A stretch of DNA of 64,000 bases from an uncultured Gammaproteobacteria bacterium (GCA_964515785.1 CAZEWH010000002.1:94182-158181), one strand, 5' to 3'. Counted from the first letter of the stretch, positions 1 to 10,206 are shown. Numbers and translations are program-made. Notes: generated from the sequence alone by a model not told the origin.

Positions 1-1380
1 TGCGTGTTGAATGGTCGCCATCAAGTTCTGCGTATTGTAAAGCATCTGCAGCTACATTGCCACTCCAGCCTCTATGAAGTTCAAGAGTAGTACTTGAGTC
101 ATCAGACATTTTTTCAATTGCCCAATTTGGCACAGAGCTCATTTTTTGCCACAAAGAATTATTGGTTACGACCGGTTCTTCAAAGCTATGATTCATAATA
201 AGATTAGCTCCATCTGGACATTCTTCTGGTTGCTCTTCTATTAAAACATTGAAAGCTACACAATAATATTCTTCATCCATTTCAAAGCCACGAATAAAGT
301 CATAGTTGTCATAATTTAGGACATCAGTATGACACCAAATTTCAGCACTAAAGTCATCTCCAGGAGGTGGATTTGATCCATTTGGATCAAAAGAAAATGG
401 AATATAACCTTCTTGTAAATTTTCTCTAATTTTTACAATATCATAATCTTCTAGATCATCTTCAGTAATTACTTTCATAGCTGGGGTTTCGCCAGCAGAT
501 GTTGTGTCAAAAGAATTCCAATCAGGAGCAGGTCCAATATAATCACCAGCATAACCACTGCCACCAACTACCCATTGAAAATCCCAGCCTTCTTCAAAAT
601 GACAATTAGGATGTTGGGCTACATAGTCGATTGCAGTAGTTGAAGTGATATTTGGTCCATTTCCACTCCAATTTGGTAAGTCAGATTCATCTTCACAAAC
701 AATTTTGTGAGCATAGATAGTAGAAGTTTCTTCCTCTTCTTGACAATAAACATCAGTTTCTTCTTCTACTACATCACCATATTCTTGAGTGCTAAACCAC
801 CACATAGCTTCGTTTTCTAGAGTGCTATCACATTCAGTATCTTCATCAACTAGCATAGTCAAATCTAGTTCTATCATTTGACCAGGGTTTACAACACCAA
901 GATTCCATTTGAGATATCCATTGTGATCTACAACTCCGCCCAGAGTATCTGAGACATAAGAAGTGTTTTCATCATAAAAATCTTTGAGGAATACTCCTTC
1001 ATCACCAGTACATTCATCTTCGCCTATATTTTCTATAGTAAGATGATAAACAAGTTCTTGGCCAGGCATAATAGGATCATAGCCTGCGTCAGATTTGGTA
1101 ACTACCAATTCACAGTTATCTTCTTCTGGCGGTGGTATACAAGCACCCATATGGTCGCCAGCGTGCAATGGATTACCTGAAGCATCAAAATGACCAGCTA
1201 AGGCCTCTTCTGAAACTTCTAGAGTAATTTGTTGACCGCTTGGTGTAACATGACAAATAGTGATTTTATCACCATCACCATCTGGTTTGACAGCCAGGGC
1301 TTGAGGCGTAAAGCCTGTGCTCCAGACTATCAGTGAAAAGACTGATACAAAGTATAGTCCTTTTTTGATTAATTTTTTCA
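1..1380 (-). CDS. Secreted repeat protein (DUF11-like), 5' part only; gene continues past window start
   Basis: ATG (revcomp cat) at 1378-1380; N-terminus MKKLIKKGLYFVSVFSLIVWSTGFTPQALA is a classic signal peptide; open frame runs to coordinate 1; acidic repeat-like body (LVYHLTIENIG...). Not in ORF track because it runs off the edge. Confidence 0.5.
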
Positions 1381-1682
1381 TATAATTTCAATTATTTATT
1401 AATTATATATATAAAAAATTCCCTAGCTAAAAATTAACTAGAGAATATTAATATGCTCAATTATGCTTAGTTTTGTATTATTTTTTATCTGAAAATATAA
1501 CATCATAGTTTTATTTTCAGTGTTAAACGGGGGAAAAAAACTTAAAGCCCGTGTGTTTATTATTTAAATTAATGTGTTTAATATATATATATTTGTATAT
1601 AGTTTAAGATAAGCAGAATAAATTAAAACTGTCAACTTTTTATGCCAAAAAGCTTATCTATTGTCAATATATTGTATATTAA

Positions 1683-4430
1683 TTATTTTCCATGACATTG
1701 TTTGTATTTTTTACCAGATCCACAAGGGCAAGGGTCATTGCGGCCGATTTTTTTGCCAGATTCATCTCTGGGTTTGGATGGCAGGACTTGTCCAGATTTG
1801 GCTCTGTCCTCTACTTGTTTGGAAAATGGTGAATAACCTGATTTTTGTTCAGCAAATTTTTTGTCTGATTCACCAGGTACGGCTGCCATACGGCGAGAAA
1901 CACCAACTTTGAAAATAGAATAAACTATTTGCTTGCGTATAGAATCTAATAAAGTATTAAAAAGCATATAAGCTTCTCGTTTGTATTCTACCAAAGGATC
2001 ACGTTGACCATAACCTTGTAGACCAATGCCAGTCCGTAATTTGTCCATAGCAGTCAGATGCTCAACCCAGAGTGTATCTATACTTCGTAAAATAATACCT
2101 CTTTCGATCATTTGGATTGGTTGATAAGGATTATCTTCCGGTAAATCAATATTAGCATTTATTTCTTCAGCAAGTTTGGCGTATTTTTCTTTGGCAATTT
2201 TGATTATATAGTCAATTACTAGAGTGCGCTCCTCATGGTTATTATTTTTTTTGTTTGATTCTAATAGTTTTTTAATCTCATCTTCTTCTGCAAATTCAAG
2301 AGGGAAAATAGTTTTTATAGTTTCTATGATTTCTTTGGGATCAAAATCTCCGTTGTTTTTTGAAGCTAAAGTATGAAAAGAAACAACATTTTCTATTTCT
2401 TGATTAATATAATCAAATACTAGATTAGTATTATCTTCTGAAATTTTGTTGTCAGTAAATAATTCTAAAATATCTTGTCTTTGTTTATAAATAACACTAC
2501 GATGTTTGTTAATAATATCGTCGTATTCTACGAGATGTTTACGAATATCAAAATTATGTCCTTCAACTTTCTTTTGAGCTGCTTCTATTGATTTGGAAAT
2601 CATTTTATTTTCTATGGCCGTATCTTCAGCAATACCAAGACGATCCATTATACCTTTCATACGATCAGAGCCAAAGATTCGCATCAAATCATCACCCAAA
2701 GAAATATAAAATTGAGAAGAACCAGGATCACCCTGACGACCAGCTCGACCTCTGAGCTGATTATCAATACGACGAGATTCGTGTCTTTCTGTACCTAGGA
2801 CATGCAAGCCACCAAGAGCCTTTACTTCTTCGTGTTTAGCTTTATCAAATGGTACACCACCCAAAGTAATATCTACACCACGACCTGCCATGTTGGTAGC
2901 AATAGTGACCGCAGCTTTGCGACCAGCTTGAGCAATATATTCAGCTTCTTTTTCGTGAAATTTTGCATTAAGTAAGTTGTGTGGTACACCAGCTTTTTCA
3001 AGTAAAGCACCTAATTCTTCATTTTTTTCAATAGAAATAGTACCAACCAAAACTGGTTGACCAGATTTATGTTTTTCTTCTATCTCTTTGGCAATTGCTT
3101 TGAGTTTGCCGCGATGTGTTTTATAAATACGGTCTCGCATATCATCACGAGCAAAAGGTCTATTGGTAGGAATGATAGTTACATCTAGATTGTATATTTT
3201 TGCCATTTCTTCTGCTTCAGTAGCTGCTGTACCAGTCATACCAGCCAATTTTTCGTACATGCGAAAATAATTTTGAAAGGTAATAGTTGCCAAAGTCATA
3301 CTTTCTTTTTGAACTTCCACACCTTCTTTAGCTTCTATGGCTTGGTGTAAGCCTTCAGAATATCTACGACCTTGCATCATGCGGCCAGTAAATTCATCAA
3401 TAATCACTACTTCATTGTCTTTGACTACATAATCACGATCTTTTTGAAATAAAGTCCGAGCTTTGAGTGCTTGTTCTAGATGATGGACAGTTTGTAAGCC
3501 ATGACTTTCATAAATATTATCAACACCTAAGATTTTTTCCATTTTATGAATGCCGCCTTCAGTCAAAGTACAAGCCTTCATTTTTTCGTCTATATTATAG
3601 TCTTTATTTTCTTCAAGTTGAGTGACTATTTGAGAAAATTGTTGATAAAGAGCGCCAGATTCTTCAGCTGGAGCTGAAATAATCAATGGCGTACGAGCCT
3701 CATCAATCAAAATACTGTCAACTTCATCAATAATAGCGTAATGCAAACCACGTTGAACTTGATTTTTTTTATCTTCGGCCATATTGTCGCGCAGATAATC
3801 AAAACCGTATTCGTTGTTGGTACCATAAGTAATATCAGCTTTATAAGCTTCACCACGACTAACAGGTCGTAAATAATCCATATCTACTTTGATACCTTGA
3901 TCACGTATTTTATCATCTTCATCTGTGGTATGACTTTTATCATAAATAAAAGCAGCTTGATGTTGAATAATACCAACAGATAATCCTAAAAAGTCATACA
4001 CTTGAGCCATCCAAGTAGCATCACGTTTGGCTAGATAATCATTGACAGTAATGACGTGAACACCTTTTCCCAATAAAGCATTGAGATAAATAGGTAGAGT
4101 AGAAGTCAGAGTCTTACCTTCACCAGTTTTCATTTCAGCGATTTGACCTTGATGCAAAACAATACCACCCAAGAGTTGGACATCAAAAGGCTGTTGTTGT
4201 AGTGTCCTATGAGCTGCTATTTTTACCAAAGCAAAAGCCGGTACCAATAAGTCATCCAACTTGGTACCGCTTTGTGCTTGTTTTTTTAATTCAAGGCTTT
4301 TGGATTTTATCTGTTCGTCAGTCAGGCTAGCGAATTCTTCTTCAGTCTGTTTGATAGCTTGTATTTTTGGTTCCAAGCTATTTAAGAATTTCTGATTGGC
4401 ATCACCCAACAATTTGTCTAAGAATTTCAT
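1683..4430 (-). CDS. secA: Preprotein translocase ATPase SecA
   Basis: 915 aa; DEAD-like motor motifs; C-terminal zinc-binding tail [15 protein letters not shown]. Confidence 0.95.
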   Translation of the reverse strand: MKFLDKLLGDANQKFLNSLEPKIQAIKQTEEEFASLTDEQIKSKSLELKKQAQSGTKLDDLLVPAFALVKIAAHRTLQQQPFDVQLLGGIVLHQGQIAEMKTGEGKTLTSTLPIYLNALLGKGVHVITVNDYLAKRDATWMAQVYDFLGLSVGIIQHQAAFIYDKSHTTDEDDKIRDQGIKVDMDYLRPVSRGEAYKADITYGTNNEYGFDYLRDNMAEDKKNQVQRGLHYAIIDEVDSILIDEARTPLIISAPAEESGALYQQFSQIVTQLEENKDYNIDEKMKACTLTEGGIHKMEKILGVDNIYESHGLQTVHHLEQALKARTLFQKDRDYVVKDNEVVIIDEFTGRMMQGRRYSEGLHQAIEAKEGVEVQKESMTLATITFQNYFRMYEKLAGMTGTAATEAEEMAKIYNLDVTIIPTNRPFARDDMRDRIYKTHRGKLKAIAKEIEEKHKSGQPVLVGTISIEKNEELGALLEKAGVPHNLLNAKFHEKEAEYIAQAGRKAAVTIATNMAGRGVDITLGGVPFDKAKHEEVKALGGLHVLGTERHESRRIDNQLRGRAGRQGDPGSSQFYISLGDDLMRIFGSDRMKGIMDRLGIAEDTAIENKMISKSIEAAQKKVEGHNFDIRKHLVEYDDIINKHRSVIYKQRQDILELFTDNKISEDNTNLVFDYINQEIENVVSFHTLASKNNGDFDPKEIIETIKTIFPLEFAEEDEIKKLLESNKKNNNHEERTLVIDYIIKIAKEKYAKLAEEINANIDLPEDNPYQPIQMIERGIILRSIDTLWVEHLTAMDKLRTGIGLQGYGQRDPLVEYKREAYMLFNTLLDSIRKQIVYSIFKVGVSRRMAAVPGESDKKFAEQKSGYSPFSKQVEDRAKSGQVLPSKPRDESGKKIGRNDPCPCGSGKKYKQCHGK

Positions 4431-4439
4431 GAGTTTTAT

Positions 4440-4802
4440 TTAGTATTCTTTCTTTTTCCAAAATTTTAATGATTTTAGTTTAGCGCCTCCTCTTTTTATT
4501 TTACTTAGTTTTTTATCTTTTGTTTTGAGTAATTGTCTAGATAATTTGTCTTGTAAGATATCTACAGCTGCTCTAGCATCGGCATGTTTTTCTGATAAAC
4601 GGATAGTTTGTTTATTGGGTAAGCTAACAGTCAAATCAATATTATAAATTTCACCTTTTTTATGGTGTTGATCTCTAGATAAATCTACCCGAAAGGACAA
4701 AATATTTCTCTGGTATTTTTCTATTGCTTTAAATTTGTCTAATAAATATTCCTTAAAAGGTTTGGTTAAGTCAAAATTTTTGTTGTGAATTTTGATATAC
4801 AT
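4440..4802 (-). CDS. hpf: Ribosome hibernation promoting factor (RaiA/HPF family)
   Basis: 120 aa; pattern I.I.G.N.DLT...L..Y...K..K.EKY...I....V.L.......K.....AD...D.L.DKL.RQL.K.KDK matches HPF/YfiA. Confidence 0.8.
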   Translation of the reverse strand: MYIKIHNKNFDLTKPFKEYLLDKFKAIEKYQRNILSFRVDLSRDQHHKKGEIYNIDLTVSLPNKQTIRLSEKHADARAAVDILQDKLSRQLLKTKDKKLSKIKRGGAKLKSLKFWKKKEY

Positions 4803-4806
4803 AATT

Positions 4807-4998
4807 TTAGTGGCCAGTAGCCTTTTTTATAATTAAAACTAAAATTAAAAATACAGCACCACCAGCAAACCATAAAAATTGTTTGTTGGCCATCAACTCT
4901 TGCCAAGTAGACATTTCTTCGGCTGGTACTTCTGCTTGAGCCAAAGCTACATTAGCCATCAACACTCCCCAAACAGATAAAAATAATGTTTTTTTCAT
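4807..4998 (-). CDS. Small exported/membrane protein (signal peptide plus C-terminal TM)
   Basis: 63 aa; N-terminal hydrophobic signal ...ALAQA; C-terminal TM helix. Confidence 0.35.
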   Translation of the reverse strand: MKKTLFLSVWGVLMANVALAQAEVPAEEMSTWQELMANKQFLWFAGGAVFLILVLIIKKATGH

Positions 4999-5098
4999 TG
5001 TTTTGTTTTTAATTATTTATATTTTAAATTTAGCAAATTTTATACTAAAAATCAATTGGTTTTCCCTCTTCATAAGGGGGAGTTAGTGGGGGTGGACC

Positions 5099-6832
5099 CT
5101 ATTCTAAAATAGCCTTAATTCTTCTAACACCAGCAGAGCTAGAACTTTCTTTGAGTATCTTAAAAGTTCCTAGATCTGAAGTAGTATCTGTATGAGGGCC
5201 ACCGCAGATTTCTTTGGAATAATCACCCATAGTATAAACTTTGACTTTTTCTCCGTATTTACTCTTAAATAAGCCAATTGCTCCAGCTTTTTCAGCTTCT
5301 TCCACAGTCATTTCATCACAAGATACAGGTAAAGCAGCTTTGATTTGGCTATTTACTATGTCTTCTATCTTAGATTTTTCTTCGTCACTTAATTTAGAAT
5401 CATGAGAAAAATCAAAGCGAGCCCTCTGGTCATTGATATTTGAACCGCGTTGTTCAACATGATCGCCTAAGACATCTCGCAAAGCTTGTAAAAGTAAGTG
5501 AGTAGCAGTGTGATATTTCTTAGTCATCTCACTATCGTCAGCTAAGCCGCCTTTAAACATACCAGCTGAAGCAGTCCGAGACAACTCTTGGTGTTTTTTG
5601 AACTCTGCTTCAAATTCTTGTTTATTGATTTGAATATTATTTTCTTTAGCCAACTCTTCTGTCATTTCTAGAGGAAATCCATAAGTAGAAAACAAAGTAA
5701 ATGCAGTTTTGCCATTTATATCTTTTTGTTTGGAAAATTCTTTTAGGCCCTTAGCTAGAGTTCGTTTAAATTTAGCTTCTTCTTTGTCTAGTTCAGCTAT
5801 AATCAAATCTTTGTTTTTATTTAACTCTGGATAAGCTAATTGCATAATATCTATAACAACTTCAGCTAGTTGAACTGTAAAATTGTCTTGAATATCTAGT
5901 TGATTAGCAAAACGAATAGCTCGTCTGATAAGTCTTCTGACAATATAACCCTGATCAGTATTAGAAGGTGTAACAGTACATTCATCACCGATCATAAATA
6001 CTGCAGATCTTATATGATCAGCTATAATTCTAAAAGTTTTAATATTATCTTCGTATTTTTGACCAGATAATTTTTGAATTTTTTCTATGATTGGCCAAAA
6101 TAAATCTGTTTTATAATTGTCATCAAGATTATTAAGAACAGCTAGAGTTCTTTCCAAACCCATTCCAGTGTCAATGTTTTTTTGTTCTAGTTCTTCAAAT
6201 TTATTATCAGCATTTTTGTTATACTTCATGAAAACATTGTTCCAGATCTCTACCCATCTATTATCAGATTCATCAAATTTATCTGGGATAGGATCAGAAC
6301 TTGTCCAATAAAAAATCTCTGTATCAGGTCCACAAGGACCGGTCTCACCAGCTGGTCCCCACCAATTGTCAGTTACTGCAGCAATTTTATCTTGAGCTAC
6401 ACCTAAATCTAGCCAGTATTTTTCAGCTTCAATATCTTTTGGTATATCATCATTGCCACCAAAAATAGAAATAGCAATTTTATTTTTATCTAGTTTTAGC
6501 TTTGTTATAACAAATTCCCAAGCATATTTGACAGCTTGCTCTTCATCATAATCACCCAAAGACCAATTACCTAGCATCTCAAAAAAAGTATGATGAGTTG
6601 TATCCCCTACTTCTTCAATATCACCAGTGCGAATACATTTTTGGACATTGGCCAGTCTAGTGCCTGCAGGATGTTTTTCACCCATCAAATATGGCACTAA
6701 TGGATGCATACCAGCCGTAGTAAACAACACAGTAGGGTCATTATCTGGAATCAAAGAAGCAGAAGCAATGACTTCGTGCTTGTTTTCCTTGAAATATTTG
6801 AGGAATTCTTGGCGTAATTTATCAGCTTTCAT
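5099..6832 (-). CDS. alaS: Alanine--tRNA ligase, compact form (no C-Ala domain)
   Basis: N-terminus MKADKLRQEFLKYFKENKHEVIASASLIPDNDPTVLFTTAGM...FFEMLGNWSLGDY is the AlaRS catalytic core; C-terminal HTATH...CGGPH editing-domain zinc motifs; only 577 aa. Confidence 0.85.
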   Translation of the reverse strand: MKADKLRQEFLKYFKENKHEVIASASLIPDNDPTVLFTTAGMHPLVPYLMGEKHPAGTRLANVQKCIRTGDIEEVGDTTHHTFFEMLGNWSLGDYDEEQAVKYAWEFVITKLKLDKNKIAISIFGGNDDIPKDIEAEKYWLDLGVAQDKIAAVTDNWWGPAGETGPCGPDTEIFYWTSSDPIPDKFDESDNRWVEIWNNVFMKYNKNADNKFEELEQKNIDTGMGLERTLAVLNNLDDNYKTDLFWPIIEKIQKLSGQKYEDNIKTFRIIADHIRSAVFMIGDECTVTPSNTDQGYIVRRLIRRAIRFANQLDIQDNFTVQLAEVVIDIMQLAYPELNKNKDLIIAELDKEEAKFKRTLAKGLKEFSKQKDINGKTAFTLFSTYGFPLEMTEELAKENNIQINKQEFEAEFKKHQELSRTASAGMFKGGLADDSEMTKKYHTATHLLLQALRDVLGDHVEQRGSNINDQRARFDFSHDSKLSDEEKSKIEDIVNSQIKAALPVSCDEMTVEEAEKAGAIGLFKSKYGEKVKVYTMGDYSKEICGGPHTDTTSDLGTFKILKESSSSAGVRRIKAILE

Positions 6833-6892
6833 AGTCTAAATTATACGGAAATAATAGCAAAATGTCAATTTATAAGGGTTTATCCACAGGAC

Positions 6893-6921
6893 TTGACAGA
6901 TTCTACTATATATGCTAGTAT
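6893..6921 (+). promoter_or_regulatory. Sigma70-like promoter (TTGACA-17 nt-TAGTAT) for the downstream small RNA candidate
   Basis: TTGACA at 6893-6898; 17-nt spacer; TAGTAT -10. Confidence 0.4.
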
Positions 6922-6927
6922 ATAGGT

Positions 6928-7098
6928 GCGTTTGATTCAACACGATGAGTTGAGAAAAGGCTCTCCTGTAGAGGGAGGAACGCCTACAACCGCAAACAAA
7001 GAGGTAGTACCATGTAGCCGGGCTGGTAACAGTCCACACACTATTGCATGCATTACCCCTATTGCCCTGCCGGGACACACTGGCAGGGCTTTTTTATT
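6928..7098 (+). ncRNA. Candidate small structured RNA, family not identified
   Basis: No credible ORF. GC-richer than flanks. Preceded by the promoter above and ended by an intrinsic terminator (ccctgccgggacacactggcaggg plus T-run, 7065-7098). Internal complementary segments are present. Confidence 0.35.
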
Positions 7099-7278
7099 TA
7101 TTTTAACCCCCTAAATCCCCCTTGTCAGGGGGACCTTAGATATGAAATAATCTTGGTTAATTAGTTTCTCCCCTGACAAGGGGAGATCAAGAGGGGTTAT
7201 TTGACAAAAACAGCTATTTCTGGTAATTTATTAAAGTTTTGCAAATCAAAAAGTTCGTTTCATAGAAGGAGGAAGATC

Positions 7279-8097
7279 GTGAAACTCTTCAAATTCTTGG
7301 CTGGTGTAGCCTGTGGTATTGTGATTGGCTACATGTTTTCTGCGCAGTATGCGACCAATATCTGGTGGCAAGCTCTGGGCATGGTTGTCGGCGGCATTGG
7401 TGGCTACATCTTGGTAGCTCCCATGGCTTTTTTCAAAGCCATTCCCCGTGCTTTCATGGCTAGTCTGCGAGGTAGTTTATCTGCCTGGGAAAATCTCAAG
7501 TACAACTTCAAGGAGCTAATGCTTATCTGGTTAGCTGTTTGGTTTGGTTCTATCTGGGCTTCTCTCATTTTTTGTGGCTTAGAAAAGTATGCTGCTGCAA
7601 GCGATGGTCGAGATGTGAACTATTTATCAGCAATTGTAGCCGTGTTCCTGTTTGCGAACATAATCAACCTTTATTGGTTTTTAAAGGTTGTGACATTCAA
7701 AGATGGTTACTTAGATGATGAAACTTCTCTTTTCGTCATCAAACATCTAAATCCAGTAATGGGTACTTTCTGGATTTTGGCAGGAGCTGTTTGGTATATA
7801 CCCAAAGTATTGTTCAAGTATTTCTTGCCTTGGCTTATGAAACTGATTTTTATCAGGATCATCTGGGAGCTAACTTACTTCATTAGTCTTTTCATTCGCA
7901 GCCTCTTCCGTCTGGTCCACTCGCACAAGCGTGCCTTGGTCCTGATCTGTGCTACGATTGGCACTGGTGTTGGCCAGTACTATGGCCATCTTTGGATCGG
8001 TCTGGGTGTTGGGCTGTTGTGGGCTGCCTTTAGCTGGCATTTCATTGCCATCAAATGGCTCAAGGTCGTACCCAATCATGGTGCTACGAGCGCCTAA
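7279..8097 (+). CDS. Polytopic membrane protein, GC-rich (compositionally atypical); start revised to GTG 7279
   Basis: RBS aggagg at 7266-7271 then GTG. Many TM helices. GC visibly much higher than neighbours. Own promoter-like TTGACA at 7201 and a terminator at 8104-8136. The ORF-track start at 7201 is a TTG inside the -35 box and is rejected. Confidence 0.55.
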   Translation: MKLFKFLAGVACGIVIGYMFSAQYATNIWWQALGMVVGGIGGYILVAPMAFFKAIPRAFMASLRGSLSAWENLKYNFKELMLIWLAVWFGSIWASLIFCGLEKYAAASDGRDVNYLSAIVAVFLFANIINLYWFLKVVTFKDGYLDDETSLFVIKHLNPVMGTFWILAGAVWYIPKVLFKYFLPWLMKLIFIRIIWELTYFISLFIRSLFRLVHSHKRALVLICATIGTGVGQYYGHLWIGLGVGLLWAAFSWHFIAIKWLKVVPNHGATSA

Positions 8098-8103
8098 AAT
8101 TAC

Positions 8104-8136
8104 GACTCCGTCAAATTTGACGGAGTTTTTATTTTT
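8104..8136 (+). terminator. Intrinsic terminator (actccgtcaaatttgacggagt plus T-run)
   Basis: Perfect 8-bp stem followed by TTTTTATTTTT immediately after the stop of 7279..8097. Confidence 0.6.
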
Positions 8137-8176
8137 AGTTAAACTATTAAATAGTTAATTAAATTTAATAAAAATT

Positions 8177-8515
8177 ATGAAGAAAGCGAAAAAAATTACC
8201 AAACAAAGTAAACCCATTACTTTAGTTCAAATTTCAAAGTTATTAGATGGTCAAACAGTGTCTATTATGCGAGAAATGAATGATCGTTTTAGGCATTTTG
8301 AGCAAAAAATGAATTTGCGCTTTGAAAAAGTTGATACTAGATTTGACGATGTAGATCAAGAAATAAAAGGCGCTAAAGATAGACTATTAGTCGTAGAAAC
8401 TAAATTAGACACAGTTATGGATGAATTAGCTACGCGTAAAGAAGTCCGTAATCTAGTTAAAGAACTTAAAGGTCAAGGCATAAAATTAGATAGTACGAAA
8501 ATATTTGCAATTTAA
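8177..8515 (+). CDS. Hypothetical coiled-coil protein
   Basis: 112 aa, host-like AT-rich composition, followed by a strong terminator. Confidence 0.45.
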   Translation: MKKAKKITKQSKPITLVQISKLLDGQTVSIMREMNDRFRHFEQKMNLRFEKVDTRFDDVDQEIKGAKDRLLVVETKLDTVMDELATRKEVRNLVKELKGQGIKLDSTKIFAI

Positions 8516-8522
8516 ATTAAAC

Positions 8523-8552
8523 AAAAACCCCCGCCTACGGCGGGGGTTTTTG
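8523..8552. terminator. Bidirectional intrinsic terminator (aaaaacccccgcctacggcgggggttttt)
   Basis: A-run, a perfect GC-rich hairpin and a T-run, between convergent genes 8177..8515 (+) and csp (-). Confidence 0.7.
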
Positions 8553-8582
8553 TAATGTATTAGGTCTTGATAATTATATAAA

Positions 8583-8774
8583 TTATACAACTTTTACATT
8601 TGTGGCATTAGGACCTTTTGGACCTTCACCAACTTCGAATTCAACTTCTTGGCCTTCTTGCAAAGAACCACCGTCGATTTCTGATTTATGGACAAAAAGA
8701 TCTTCACCATCTTCTTGTTCAATAAAACCAAAACCTTTGGTGAAATTGAACCATTTTACTTTACCTTTTGGCAT
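8583..8774 (-). CDS. Cold-shock protein (CspA family)
   Basis: [33 protein letters not shown]... with RNP-1-like KGFGFI. Start trimmed to the Met of MPKGK; the ORF-track N-extension is unlikely. Confidence 0.85.
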   Translation of the reverse strand: MPKGKVKWFNFTKGFGFIEQEDGEDLFVHKSEIDGGSLQEGQEVEFEVGEGPKGPNATNVKVV

Positions 8775-9031
8775 GTGAAATGATACTTTAATAATAAAAC
8801 TTCTTGAGTTTAGCACATCTTGCTAAATATGTCAAGATAAGCTATTATTAGTCTAATAAATTAATATATGTATATAATTCGCCGTAAATGGAGCAAATAT
8901 CATAAGACCGATCATATTGTGAGCGGTGGTTTGCTATTTATTTTGTAATATTTTTTAGTTTAAGAACTAAATAATAATCCGTCGCTTATAAGCGGCGGTT
9001 TTTTTAATTTAGCTCTTTTAGGAGGTGAGAC

Positions 9032-9184
9032 ATGAAAAAAGTAACATGTCATATGTGTCAGGGCAGTGGTTTGTGTCATGTTTGTCATGGTAGTGGTGAT
9101 AAGCAGGGTCGGCCTTGTGTCTGTAAGCATAAGTCAGGCCTGTGCACTTTTTGCGGAGGTAATGGCAAGGTCTTACGCAAGTAA
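9032..9184 (+). CDS. Small Cys-rich zinc-ribbon-like protein (50 aa), not in ORF track
   Basis: Strong RBS ggaggtgaga then ATG. MKKVTCHMCQGSGLCHVCHGSGDKQGRPCVCKHKSGLCTFCGGNGKVLRK has CxxC-type pairs. Stop at 9182-9184, followed by a hairpin. Confidence 0.45.
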   Translation: MKKVTCHMCQGSGLCHVCHGSGDKQGRPCVCKHKSGLCTFCGGNGKVLRK

Positions 9185-9200
9185 GAAAAAACAGAGTCTA

Positions 9201-9902
9201 TTATTCAATAGGCTCTGTTTCTTGTTTGTGAGCAAATATAATGACGCGAAATTCTATAAAGTCATCTATGACTTTATCTCCTAGTCCTGTAAAAAATTTG
9301 TCTGAACCATACTTGATATCCCACTTAGTGCGGTCAATCACAAAAGATCCTTTGGCGTTGAGATTACCTTCGCTTTCAAATATTTCTGTCAAAAAAGTAA
9401 TATTATTTGTTTTATCTTTGATAGTCAGATTAGCAGCTACAGTATGTGCTACTTGCGGATATATAATTGGCGGATAGATTTCGACAGCTGTGGTTTTGAG
9501 GATAGCCTCAGGATAGTTGACTACATCAAAAAAATCTTCACTTTTTAGATGATCATCCATTTTTTGTCGGGACTCAGGATTAGTTATATCTTGAGTTTCA
9601 AGACTTGTCATATCTATGACAAATTCACCACCTAGATACTGACGATCGCCTTTGATATATATTTTACCTTCTTTTAGTTTTATTATTCCCTTGTGTTCAC
9701 TATTGACCAATACTTTGCGGCCAGTCCAAAAAATAGCACTTTCTTCTACATCAACAATATAAACATCAACATCATCCTCATAAGTTGTTTCTTGTGGTAA
9801 TTCCTTAGCCGGAGGTTGAGTATTTATTTCTTGTATTTGATTATTATTGCAGCCAGTAAAAATAAAAATAGCTACAAATAATATAATAAATTTATATTTC
9901 AT
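9201..9902 (-). CDS. Lipoprotein, YceI-like domain
   Basis: Lipobox MKYKFIILFVAIFIFTGC; C-terminal half resembles YceI-like beta-barrel (…GSFVIDRTKWDIKYGS…). Confidence 0.45.
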   Translation of the reverse strand: MKYKFIILFVAIFIFTGCNNNQIQEINTQPPAKELPQETTYEDDVDVYIVDVEESAIFWTGRKVLVNSEHKGIIKLKEGKIYIKGDRQYLGGEFVIDMTSLETQDITNPESRQKMDDHLKSEDFFDVVNYPEAILKTTAVEIYPPIIYPQVAHTVAANLTIKDKTNNITFLTEIFESEGNLNAKGSFVIDRTKWDIKYGSDKFFTGLGDKVIDDFIEFRVIIFAHKQETEPIE

Positions 9903-9972
9903 AGTAGTATTTTATGTTGTTTTAGATATTTAGTCAAAATAAAAAAGCGAGAAGTTATTTCTCGCTTTAAAA

Positions 9973-10206
9973 TTATTGACGGAAGATTTTTCTTTTTTCC
10001 CTTTCCCATGCTTCATCAGCAGGTTTACTTGCATTGTCGTGAGCCCTACGATCAGTTTTGTTGGATTCAGCATCGCTTATCTTGAGTCTTCTACGGCAAT
10101 GAGCACAGACATCCTGGTAATTATAGTTTTTACTAGTATAACTACCGCCTCCATCTGTGCAAATATCACCACAACGATCACAACGAACTTCTGGTTTTGA
10201 AGACAT
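9973..10206 (-). CDS. Small zinc-ribbon protein (CxxC-x22-CxxC), TraR/DksA-like spacing
   Basis: CDRCGDIC...CAHCRRRL; 77 aa; basic C-terminus. Confidence 0.4.
   Translation of the reverse strand: MSSKPEVRCDRCGDICTDGGGSYTSKNYNYQDVCAHCRRRLKISDAESNKTDRRAHDNASKPADEAWEREKRKIFRQ

Noticed and set aside
1661-1912. Numerous short + strand ORFs overlapping long minus-strand genes (for example 1661..1912, 6117..6311, 14981..15361, 21394..21720, 50861..51394, 58742..58969)
   Set aside because: They are antisense to well-supported conserved genes, have no RBS and have low-complexity translations; they are typical shadow ORFs.
6928-7098. Attempt to assign the small RNA to a known family (fluoride, guanidine or ZTP riboswitch, SRP RNA, tmRNA, 6S)
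   Set aside because: No signature motifs were found by eye (GGCGAUG...CUAC, GGAAGCAGCC and so on); it is left unclassified rather than forced into a family.
6836-7114. ORFs 6836..7078 (-) and 6926..7114 (+)
   Set aside because: They fall in the promoter-sRNA-terminator region, have no RBS, and run through the terminator hairpin. The segment is interpreted as non-coding RNA instead.
7201-7278. TTG start at 7201 for the membrane protein (ORF-track start)
   Set aside because: The TTG is part of a TTGACA -35 hexamer. A strong aggagg RBS precedes the GTG at 7279, which is taken as the start.
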